Shown here: positions 17,327 through 26,087 of the stretch, piece after piece
Numbering within the stretch: position 1 is the stretch's first letter
Layout of the letters: each line of letters opens with the position of its first letter
Assembly (NCBI GenBank): GCA_948469815.1
Contig: CAOKMR010000004.1
Span: 1-32,000, forward strand
DNA length: 32,000 nucleotides
Reading direction: 5' to 3'
DNA from: an uncultured Clostridiaceae bacterium
GTDB lineage: Bacteria > Bacillota > Clostridia > TANB77 > CAG-508
Notes under the pieces: model-generated
What the model saw: only the letters and a program-made list of their open reading frames with translations
Database searches by the model: none
What the model was told of the DNA's origin: nothing
Translations under genes and position numbers: made by a program

Positions 17327-19003
17327 TTATCTACCTTCTCCAACGCCATTAGGAGCACCATAAAATCTATTATTTACTATTTTTTCGATTAGATTTACTG
17401 CTTCTGGAGGCGTTTGTGGTGGTAAAACTATTTTTTTTGATGAAACTTTAATTCTTAAATTACCTGGTGCACCTGGTACACCAAATAACCAATCTTTTAA
17501 ATTATCTACAATAATAGTCTTTCCATCTTCAGTCCTTCCTGTCATATCAGTTTTAATTTTCTTTCTTTTTGCATCACCTTTTTTAACAATCTCATCTTTA
17601 ATTATTGCTCTTAGTTCCTTAGGATCCTTACTTATTTTCCTTATATCTATTTCTCTCCTTTGATGTGCTACATTAAGTTTTTTATTATATCCATCATCTA
17701 TCCAATTGTTTTTAGGATCAGGATAATAAGAATTCTGTGATATTTCAAAATTTGCTTCTTCTATAACTCCTCTATCAAAAATATTATGCTGTTTAACACA
17801 GTCTTGGAATTCTTCTAATGTATAATTACGGTTTAGCATTTTCATGTACATACTTATATAATCATCTTTATTTAAAGGCATAGATTCTGCCAAAACTTGC
17901 ATAGTTTTAACAGTTTTAGGCTCTTTTGCTAATATTTTATAAGAACGGGGTTTGTCAAAATCATTTAATCTAGATATTAGTCCACTCTTTACAGTTTCTT
18001 GCACACTTTCCATTAAATTTTTTAGCACAAGAGAAGTATTATTCCAATTTAAAACAATATGTTCAACCTCTCCGTATTCATCAAGATCTGGGGGTATATA
18101 ACCATTATTTTCTCTTTGTTCAACTACGTATGTTTGTAAATCTTGAATAACTTTCCTAAATTCAAGGGTAACATCTTTTTTATCTATATCTGTTATTAAC
18201 GATAATGGTGTAAAAGATTCTGATCGCATTATAGTTTTATGCATACTTGTAGCTTTAAGCCCTAGTAATTTAAAATCTTTAAATTTTTTTAATGCATTTT
18301 CGTCAATATTTTTAAATTTAATGTAGGAATTATTTTCAGCTGAATAAATCCAATTTATTAGATCATTTGGATTTTCTACTTTTACTAAAAAACCATTTTC
18401 ATTTAAGCTATTTACAATTGCAGTATCATTAATACCTGATGCTCTCATATACTCTATAATACAATTTATTTGGTTTAAATCAATAAAAAATTTATGCTTT
18501 GCAAATTTATCTAAAAGCTTCTTAGCATTTTCTTCATTCGGTTCTTGTTTTGTATAATCTATTAAATCTTGTGTTTTCATGTATTGTAAAAATTCATGCT
18601 CTGATTGATGGGCTACAGTTACATAATAATCTTCTCTATCTTCAATCTGTAAAATCTCTAGAATTTTCTGAACATTTTTATAAATAGCTTTTCCATAACC
18701 TTTTCTTTCACTATCTACTAAAAAATTAAATTTCTTTTCTTCTAGAAATGCCCATATTGTAGCTGCTACTTCTAATTTTCCTTCAGGATCAACTTTTTTA
18801 TCTGCAAAATATATTAAATGTTCTTTTTCTGTTTCATCAAAAGCTATAGGTCTCCATCTTGTAAATTTAATAGGTTCACCTTTTTCATTTTGAATTTCAA
18901 ATTCATCTACTGGATAAAAACTTCTTACCCAATTATAATATCGTTCTTCTAATTCTTTTCTATCTATTTCACTAGTTTTATTTGGTTCATTTTCATTACT
19001 CAT
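17327..19003 (-). CDS. Large hypothetical soluble protein, 558 aa, no recognisable domain
   Basis: Uninterrupted ORF. The start is refined to ATG 19003, 6 nt after GGAGTG, because the track's GTG at 19012 lies inside the RBS. No TM segments and no catalytic motif that I recognise. Confidence 0.75.
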   Translation of the reverse strand: MSNENEPNKTSEIDRKELEERYYNWVRSFYPVDEFEIQNEKGEPIKFTRWRPIAFDETEKEHLIYFADKKVDPEGKLEVAATIWAFLEEKKFNFLVDSERKGYGKAIYKNVQKILEILQIEDREDYYVTVAHQSEHEFLQYMKTQDLIDYTKQEPNEENAKKLLDKFAKHKFFIDLNQINCIIEYMRASGINDTAIVNSLNENGFLVKVENPNDLINWIYSAENNSYIKFKNIDENALKKFKDFKLLGLKATSMHKTIMRSESFTPLSLITDIDKKDVTLEFRKVIQDLQTYVVEQRENNGYIPPDLDEYGEVEHIVLNWNNTSLVLKNLMESVQETVKSGLISRLNDFDKPRSYKILAKEPKTVKTMQVLAESMPLNKDDYISMYMKMLNRNYTLEEFQDCVKQHNIFDRGVIEEANFEISQNSYYPDPKNNWIDDGYNKKLNVAHQRREIDIRKISKDPKELRAIIKDEIVKKGDAKRKKIKTDMTGRTEDGKTIIVDNLKDWLFGVPGAPGNLRIKVSSKKIVLPPQTPPEAVNLIEKIVNNRFYGAPNGVGEGR

Positions 19004-19182
19004 TATAATCACTCCATTTAATTATTCATATACATTTTATGGTAATTCTAAAAATCAACATAACTATTTTATATTACATTTAACATTATGTCAAGTAAAT
19101 ATTGTAAAATATTCAATGTTATGTTAAATTGTATATACTATATACTTAATGTCTATTACATTAAACTAGGAGGATTAATTAA

Positions 19183-20068
19183 ATGTACGATTTAGAGTAT
19201 AAAGTAATTGATGACAGATATTACAATATAAAACAAATTCTAAAAGAAGAATTTAATATTTCAGATAGATTATTAAGACGTTTAAAGGCTAATAATAAAA
19301 TATTTTTAAATAATCATACTATAAATCCTAATTATACTAATCTTAATGTTGGAGATATAGTTTCTATTGATTTTAATTTTGATGAAGCTTATGATAATAT
19401 TCTTCCTGTTAAAAGGAATTTAGATATAGTTTTTGAAGATAACTATTTATTAATTATAAATAAATTGCCAAATACTCCTGTTCACCCTTCTTGTAATCAT
19501 TTTTCTGATAGTTTATCTAATGGAGTAAAATTCTATTTTGATTCTATTGGACTTAAACGTAAAATTAGAATTGTCAATAGATTGGATAAGGATACTTCTC
19601 GGTCTTGTAATTTTTGCAAAAAATGAATATATACAGGAATGCTTAATTCGCCAAATGAAAAATAATGATTTCAAAAAAGAATATATTGCTATTTTAGATG
19701 GGATTTTATCAAAGAAATTTGGAACAATATCTGCACCTATTGCTAGAAAAGATAATAGTATAATTGAAAGATGTGTTGATTTTAAAAATGGCGAAATTGC
19801 AGTAACTCATTATAATTTAATTAAAAATATTAATAATTCTTTGTCTTTAGTTCATTTTGTACTTGAAACTGGGCGTACTCATCAAATACGTGTACATTCT
19901 GCTTATATTGGTAATCCTATTGTGGGAGATACACTGTACGGTAATTCATCTAAATTAATAGATAGACAAGCTCTACATGCTTATAAAATTACATTTATTC
20001 ATCCTATTACTAAAGAAAATATAATATTAGAAGCGGATTTACCTGCAGATATGAGAGTATTCTTCTAA
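19183..20068 (+). pseudogene. RluA-family (RluD-like) pseudouridine synthase disrupted by a +1 frameshift
   Basis: Frame 1 reads ...IVNRLDKDTS then RSCNFCKK*. Frame 2 continues GLVIFAKNEY ... GRTHQIRVH. The conserved RLDKDTSGL motif is split by an extra C at about 19600 (gat act tct C ggt ctt). Confidence 0.85.
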
Positions 20069-20696
20069 TATGTCTTCTACATTCGTTACAATTTTAGCCC
20101 CTTCTCTTATCATTTCATTTGTTCCTTGTGAAGAACTATTATTTATGTTTCCGTGGAACTGCAAAAATTTCTTTTCCTTGTTCTAATGCATAATCTACAG
20201 TTATTAAAGTTCCACTTTTCTTTCTTGCCTCTACTACAATTACTCCATCACTTAATCCACTTATTATTCTATTTCTAAGTGGAAAATTAGTTGCTATTGG
20301 TTTTGTGTCTGGTGAATATTCAGTTATAATTGTTCCACCTGTTCTTATTATTTCTTTAAGCAATTCTATATTTTCTTTAGGATATATATTATTAAATCCA
20401 CTACCAAGTACAGCCACTGTTTTTCCTCCTGCTACCATACACCCCATATGTGCAAAACCATCTATTCCTCTTGCCATTCCACTTATAATGTTTATACCTT
20501 GTTTAGCTAACTTAAAACTTATATCTTTTGCTACTTTTTTACCATATTCTGAATATTGCCTACAACCTATTATTGCTAATCCAAAATTATCTAATATCTT
20601 TTCATTTCCCAATACATATAATTGTTTTGGCGGATTATCAATATTTTTTAATTTTTTTGGATAATCCTCATTTTGAATTCTTATTATTTTCATCAT
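20039..20696 (-). pseudogene. dprA: Short-form DNA processing protein DprA (Rossmann core only) disrupted by a +1 frameshift
   Basis: The ORF ends ...EIFAVPRKHK*. Removing one base (plus-strand G at 20153) restores AVPGNINNSSSQGTNEMIREGAKIVTNVEDILEE..., the conserved DprA continuation, down to a stop at 20039-20041. Confidence 0.8.
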
Positions 20697-20825
20697 TATC
20701 CCCTTCTTTATCCTTATAATTTATTTGTATAAGCACAATATACTGTGTCATTCCAGTTTATCGTTTTTCTTTCGTGCACGATGCATTGTACACATATATA
20801 TGATTTACCTAAAACGTCAAAAAGA

Positions 20826-20846
20826 GAGCATAAATTTAATATGCTC
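20826..20846 (-). terminator. folD terminator
   Basis: The minus strand reads gagcata-ttaaatt-tatgctc followed by TCTTTTTGACGTTTT. Confidence 0.6.
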
Positions 20847-20893
20847 CCATAATTAATAAATTTATATTTTATCCCCCATAAAATTTTAATAGA

Positions 20894-21766
20894 TTATTTT
20901 GCTAATATAGTACATTTCTGCTTAGAGTCTTCTAATGTGTTTTCAGCAGCTTTAACTACATTACTCATCAACATTGCTATTGTCATCGGTCCTACTCCTC
21001 CTGGTACTGGTGTTATATATGATGCAATTTCTTTTACACTTTCAAAGTCAACATCGCCTATAATTCCATTTTCTGTTCTATTTATTCCAACATCTATAAC
21101 AACTGCTCCTTCTTTTACCATATCTTTTGTTAAAAATTTAGGTTTTCCTAATGCAACTACTATAATATCTGCATTTTTTGTAACTTCAGATAAATTTTGC
21201 GTTTTTGAATGACATATAGTAACTGTTGAATCTTTGTTCAATAAACATAATGACATTGGTTTACCTACAATATTGCTTCTTCCTAATACAACTGCATTTT
21301 TACCTTCTAAACTAATATTATATTTTTCAAACATTTTCATTATTCCAGCAGGTGTGCAAGAAATAAATCCATCTTGTTTTAGACATAATTTTCCTACATT
21401 TACAGGATTAAAACCATCAACATCTTTTTTAGGTGAAATTCTTTCAAAAGCTTCATCTATGTTTAAATGTTTTGGCATTGGGCTTTGTAACAAAATACCA
21501 TGAATATCTTCTCTTTCATTTAATGTATCAATTAATGAAAGTAATTGCTCCATTGTTGTATTACTATCTAATAAAAACTCCTCATATTTAATTCCTATTT
21601 CTAAACATGCTTTACTTTTATTTTTTACATATATTTGAGATGGTTTATCTTCCCCTACAAGTATTACTGCCAAATTAGGTATTATACCTTTGTCTTTTAA
21701 TTCTTGTACTTCTGATTTTAAGCCTTCTCTAACATTTGCTGCAAGTGTTTTTCCATCTATTATCAT
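20894..21766 (-). CDS. folD: Bifunctional methylenetetrahydrofolate dehydrogenase / methenyl-THF cyclohydrolase
   Basis: Typical FolD sequence throughout (IIDGK, VILVGEDKPSQIYVKNK, GRSNIVGKP, PVPGGVGPMT). Confidence 0.95.
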   Translation of the reverse strand: MIIDGKTLAANVREGLKSEVQELKDKGIIPNLAVILVGEDKPSQIYVKNKSKACLEIGIKYEEFLLDSNTTMEQLLSLIDTLNEREDIHGILLQSPMPKHLNIDEAFERISPKKDVDGFNPVNVGKLCLKQDGFISCTPAGIMKMFEKYNISLEGKNAVVLGRSNIVGKPMSLCLLNKDSTVTICHSKTQNLSEVTKNADIIVVALGKPKFLTKDMVKEGAVVIDVGINRTENGIIGDVDFESVKEIASYITPVPGGVGPMTIAMLMSNVVKAAENTLEDSKQKCTILAK

Positions 21767-21806
21767 TTTTAGTATCCTTTCTTGTTAATTATTTAAATAT
21801 ATAACT

Positions 21807-21929
21807 AAATTGGAAAATAATTGTTATTTGACTAGGCAAACAAAATTGAAATCAATAAGGCGTACCTATGTACGTTGTTTGATTTTAATTGAAGTTTAAC
21901 GATGTCAAAGGACAATTATTTTTTAATTT
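21807..21929 (+). repeat. 123-nt imperfect palindromic element, copy A
   Basis: Aligns without gaps to 24046-24168. It has an 18-bp outer stem, an internal stem and an apical cgtac-N4-gtacg hairpin. It fills the folD-sortase intergenic space and ends at the sortase stop codon. Confidence 0.7.
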
Positions 21930-22636
21930 TATGTTTGTTTAGCATATACAATAATTCTTTTACCTGCTTCATTAGAACATGTAGAAAGAGTTATTTCTCT
22001 TGCCCCATTAGTCTCACGTGTTGCATATGTCATGTCAGAATCAGTAGTTTCATAACTATTATATACTTGATATTCTAATTTAGTACCAGATGTATCTTTT
22101 ATGTATATTTTTGCGCCTGTTGTTAATTTTCCAATATCTGAAAAAAATGTTCCGTTTTTATAATTATGTCCCCATAAAACGAGATTTCCTGGTTTGTTAA
22201 CTGCATTTGCAGGATCCTGAGGATATACTGCAACTATGGCTATTTTTAAAGTTGCTGATGTATTTTCTTCAAGTATTGGATATTCAACATCTATACTTGG
22301 AATAGATATTGTACCTATTACCTTATATCCTTCATAATAAGTGTCTTTATTTCCTTGCTGTTGGTATATAGAATTTGAATTATCATTACCTAAATTATCT
22401 AATATATCTTGTAATGATGAATTGTTTCCTTCTGTATCTGAAGAATTGTTATTTGATGAGTTTGTATCATTATTATCCTCTGTGTTTTTATCAAATTGAG
22501 AAACTACATCTTCTGCTTTTTTATTTGTCTTGTTACTAGTATATACTTTATATCCGAAAAAACCTAATATTGCAACAACTATAACTATTGCAAGAACTAA
22601 CATTATTGATAATAAATTTCCATATTTATTTTCCAT
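21929..22636 (-). CDS. Membrane-anchored sortase-family transpeptidase, 235 aa
   Basis: N-terminal TM helix, Asn/Ser/Asp-rich linker, catalytic His (LWGHNY), TLSTC cysteine motif and a downstream Arg (KRIIVYA). Confidence 0.85.
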   Translation of the reverse strand: MENKYGNLLSIMLVLAIVIVVAILGFFGYKVYTSNKTNKKAEDVVSQFDKNTEDNNDTNSSNNNSSDTEGNNSSLQDILDNLGNDNSNSIYQQQGNKDTYYEGYKVIGTISIPSIDVEYPILEENTSATLKIAIVAVYPQDPANAVNKPGNLVLWGHNYKNGTFFSDIGKLTTGAKIYIKDTSGTKLEYQVYNSYETTDSDMTYATRETNGAREITLSTCSNEAGKRIIVYAKQT

Positions 22637-22760
22637 ATCATGTTCCTCCTATTTTCTAATTAAATTATTAGACTAATATATGTATATTATAACATATTTT
22701 TTAGATTTTTTCGACCTTTTAATACAATTTTTATCAATTTACTATTATAATTTTTATACT

Positions 22761-23510
22761 TCACTCTGCTCTTGCCCATACAATAGTTCTTGTACTAGCA
22801 TCATTCGTACAAGTACTTAATGAAATTTCTATATAACCTCTAGTGTCTCTAGTTGCATAATCAAAATCATTTGCTCCCGCTGTATAATTATTATACACTT
22901 TATATTCTAATTTAACACCATTAATATTAGTTATAAATATAGAGTCTCCATTTTGTAATGTATGTAATTTGGAGAACATTCTACTATTTCTATAGTTATG
23001 TCCTGCTATTACTGCATTTCCTGAAATGTTTAAAGTTTCCTCAACATTCGATGGATAAATTGCAGCTGTTCCAACTCTAAGAGTTGCAGTATTATCTACA
23101 TTAAATATAGGATATTGAATCTTAAGCTTTGGAATTGAAATTATTCCTATTACTTTGTATCCTTTATAAAAAGTTCCTAAATTATATGAAGATCCACTAT
23201 TACCTGATGATGTTGATGGTTTTTTTGTAGTTGGTTTTGAGGTATTAGAATTGTTGTTATTTCCTTGTGAAGGCTGTTCTGAATTGTCTGCTCCTTCTGA
23301 AGGATTTTCTTCTGAAATTTGTCCTTCTCCAATTTCTTCATAATTATTTTCAAATTGAGCCATTAACTCTTCTGCTGATTCATCCGCTGTATAATTGTCA
23401 TATAAACTATATATGGCGTATCCTACTAATATAATTAGAAATACAGTTAATATAATGATTAATGCTGTTAAAAACTTACTATACATCTTTAATTTATTAT
23501 ATTTTTTCAT
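22761..23510 (-). CDS. Membrane-anchored sortase-family transpeptidase, paralog, 249 aa
   Basis: Same architecture: TM helix, low-complexity linker, IAGHNY, SLSTC and TRTIVWA. Clearly paralogous to 21929-22636. Confidence 0.85.
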   Translation of the reverse strand: MKKYNKLKMYSKFLTALIIILTVFLIILVGYAIYSLYDNYTADESAEELMAQFENNYEEIGEGQISEENPSEGADNSEQPSQGNNNNSNTSKPTTKKPSTSSGNSGSSYNLGTFYKGYKVIGIISIPKLKIQYPIFNVDNTATLRVGTAAIYPSNVEETLNISGNAVIAGHNYRNSRMFSKLHTLQNGDSIFITNINGVKLEYKVYNNYTAGANDFDYATRDTRGYIEISLSTCTNDASTRTIVWARAE

Positions 23511-23660
23511 ATGCTTACCTTTCTTGTTTTATAATAATGTAAAAATCTTATGTTATTAAACTATCCTAAATTACTTTCTTTTCTACTATTATCTGAAAAT
23601 GTTCTACTGTCTGTCCTTTATTAACTCAAGTAAAATTTATTTCATAAATTTTTCATGAGT

Positions 23661-24005
23661 TTAAATTATCTTTTCTCCCATCTTTTCTCCTGCTAATATA
23701 TGAAAATGCAAATGTTTTACTGTCTGTCCTGCGTTTTCTCCGCAGTTAGATATTACTCTAAATCCTGTTTTATCTATACCAATATCTCTAGCAATACTGT
23801 TTATAACTGTAAATATTTTTCCAACTAAAGTTTCGTCTTCGCTTTTTAAATCTATTATTGATTCAATATGTTTTTTTGGAATAATAAGTATATGTATTGG
23901 CATTTGAGGATTTATATCTTTAAATGCTAATACATTTTCATCCTCATATACTATATCTGATGGAATTTCCCCATTTATTATTTTGCAAAATATGCAGTCA
24001 TCCAT
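23661..24005 (-). CDS. HIT-family (histidine triad) nucleotide-binding protein
   Basis: CIFCKI zinc-type N-terminus and the HLHFHIL histidine triad. Confidence 0.9.
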   Translation of the reverse strand: MDDCIFCKIINGEIPSDIVYEDENVLAFKDINPQMPIHILIIPKKHIESIIDLKSEDETLVGKIFTVINSIARDIGIDKTGFRVISNCGENAGQTVKHLHFHILAGEKMGEKII

Positions 24006-24045
24006 GTTATATATCCTTCCTTTATTTGTATTATATAATATTTTA

Positions 24046-24168
24046 AAATTGGAAAAGAATTGTTATTTGGCTAGGCATTCAAGAAAGAAATACCGGAAAC
24101 GTACTGTTGTACGTTGAGGATTTTCTTTCGAAGAATAACAACGCCAAATGGCAATTATTTTTCAATTT
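24046..24168 (+). repeat. 123-nt imperfect palindromic element, copy B
   Basis: Same length and architecture as 21807-21929. The 3' arm overlaps the stop codon (24162-24164) of the AlaRS-like gene. Confidence 0.7.
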
Positions 24169-25922
24169 ATTAAAACGGCTTTGATTCTACGTACCCCTGC
24201 TGACGATGCTTCTTCTTTTTGAATTTTGAAATGCCCTAAAACTTTTGTATTCTCTACATGTGGTCCCATACAAATTTCCTTTGATACATCACCTATTGTA
24301 TAAACTGTTACAGTATCTGGATATCTTTCTATAAACATCGCTTCTGCACCTGTTGCTACTGCATCTTCCTTTTTCATTTCTGTACTTGTAACGGTTAAAC
24401 TATCTTCTATCCATTTGTTAATTAAATCTTCTATTTTCTTTTTTTCTTCATCAGTTAATTTATGGTCACAAGGAAAGTCAAATCTCATTCTTTCTGGAGT
24501 TATATTACTTCCAGCTTGATGTGTAGCTGGGCCTAAAACTACTTTTAATGCAGCGTTTAGAAGATGTGTAGCTGTATGGTATTTTGTTTCCATTTCTCCA
24601 CTTCCACTTAATCCACCTTTAAATTTTTTATCAGAACCAATTTTAGATTTTTCTTGATGTTCTTTAAATAGTTTATCTATCTCCTTTAAATCTACTGAAT
24701 ACCCCTGTTCTTCTGCAATTTCTTTTGTAACTTCTGGTGGAAATCCATAGGTTTCATAAAGATTAAATACAGTTGATGGTTCTAATATAATTTTATTTTC
24801 TTGTTTTGCTCTATTTAAAACTTTTTCTAATTCTCTTTGACCATGTTCAAGTGTTTTTACGAATTTATCTTTCTCGTCAATTATAACTTGCTTGATTTCT
24901 TCTTTTTTCAATACTAAGTCAGAATACATTTCTCCAAGAGTATCTACATAAATATCTACTAATATAGATAACTCATTTAAGTTTATTTCAAGTTTATTTA
25001 AATGTCTTACCATTCTACGTATTAGTCTTCTTAATATATATCCTCTATCAATATTTGATGGTCTTCCTCCATCTGAAATAATCATCATACTTGCACGTAA
25101 ATGTTCTGCAACTATTCTTCTACTTTGAATATTTTCTTTATGTGGAGTTAATTCTAATAATTTATCCATTACAGGTACAAAAAGTTCTGTATCATAAGGA
25201 GTTTCTTTTCCTTGTAATAACATATTTATTCTTTCAAGTCCTAAACCTGTGTCTACATTCTTTTGTGATAATTTTTTATATGTACCATCCTCATTTTTAT
25301 AAAATTCCATAAATACATTATTCCAAATTTCAACATATTTACCACAACCACAAGATGGGTTACATTCTGAAGAACATTTTGGTTTACCTGTATCATAAAA
25401 CATTTCAGTATCTGGTCCACAAGGTCCTGTTTCTCCTGCTATCCACCAGTTATCATCTTTTCCAAAGAAATATATTCTTTCCTCTGGTATTCCTACTTTT
25501 TTCCATACTTTTGCACTTTCTTCATCTCTAGCACAATCTGAGTCTCCTCCAAAACATGTTACAGATAATTTTTCTACTGGAATACATAATTCTTTTGTTA
25601 AAAATTCATAACTCATACTAATAGATTCTTCTTTGAAATAATCTCCTAGTGACCAGTTTCCTAACATTTCAAAATATGTTAAATGTCTATTATCTCCTAC
25701 TTCATCAATATCAACAGTTCTTAGACATTTTTGATAATCTGTAAGACGAGTTCCATTAGGATGTTTTTGTCCTAATAAATAAGGGACTAATGGTTGCATA
25801 CCTGCTGTAGTAAATAAAACGGATGCATCATTTTCAGGGATTAATGGTGCACTTGGTATGACAGCATGTCCCTTTGATTTAAAATAATTTAAGTATTTGT
25901 TTCTAATTTCAATTGCTTTCAT
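24162..25922 (-). CDS. alaS: Alanine--tRNA ligase, short form lacking the C-Ala domain, 586 aa
   Basis: Class II AlaRS catalytic motifs (FTTAGMQPL, FEMLGNWSLGDYFK, WNNVFMEF) and editing-domain motifs (HTATHLL, CMGPHV, ends RRIKAVL). About 290 aa shorter than canonical bacterial AlaRS. Confidence 0.85.
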   Translation of the reverse strand: MKAIEIRNKYLNYFKSKGHAVIPSAPLIPENDASVLFTTAGMQPLVPYLLGQKHPNGTRLTDYQKCLRTVDIDEVGDNRHLTYFEMLGNWSLGDYFKEESISMSYEFLTKELCIPVEKLSVTCFGGDSDCARDEESAKVWKKVGIPEERIYFFGKDDNWWIAGETGPCGPDTEMFYDTGKPKCSSECNPSCGCGKYVEIWNNVFMEFYKNEDGTYKKLSQKNVDTGLGLERINMLLQGKETPYDTELFVPVMDKLLELTPHKENIQSRRIVAEHLRASMMIISDGGRPSNIDRGYILRRLIRRMVRHLNKLEINLNELSILVDIYVDTLGEMYSDLVLKKEEIKQVIIDEKDKFVKTLEHGQRELEKVLNRAKQENKIILEPSTVFNLYETYGFPPEVTKEIAEEQGYSVDLKEIDKLFKEHQEKSKIGSDKKFKGGLSGSGEMETKYHTATHLLNAALKVVLGPATHQAGSNITPERMRFDFPCDHKLTDEEKKKIEDLINKWIEDSLTVTSTEMKKEDAVATGAEAMFIERYPDTVTVYTIGDVSKEICMGPHVENTKVLGHFKIQKEEASSAGVRRIKAVLIN

Positions 25923-25954
25923 AATCTACCTTCTTTTTTATACATACTACTTAA

Positions 25955-25983
25955 ATTATATAATATTATTTAATAAATTTCAA
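25955..25983 (-). promoter_or_regulatory. Candidate sigma-A promoter of the short alaS
   Basis: On the minus strand: TTGAAA (25978-25983), 17 nt, TATAAT (25955-25960). It leaves only a short leader. Confidence 0.5.
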
Positions 25984-26087
25984 TTATATTATTATAAAAA
26001 ATTTGATTTTTTTATATTCTAGGAAAGCTATCGCCATCAGATAACTTTCCATAGAAAATAATTATGCGGATTTTAAGAATTGCTTTA

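Noticed and set aside
22380-23300. Repetitive Asn/Ser/Gly-rich coding stretches in the two sortase genes that look like nucleotide repeats.
   Set aside because: They are in-frame low-complexity linkers (AAT, AGT and GAT codon runs), not a CRISPR array or tandem DNA repeat with regular spacing.
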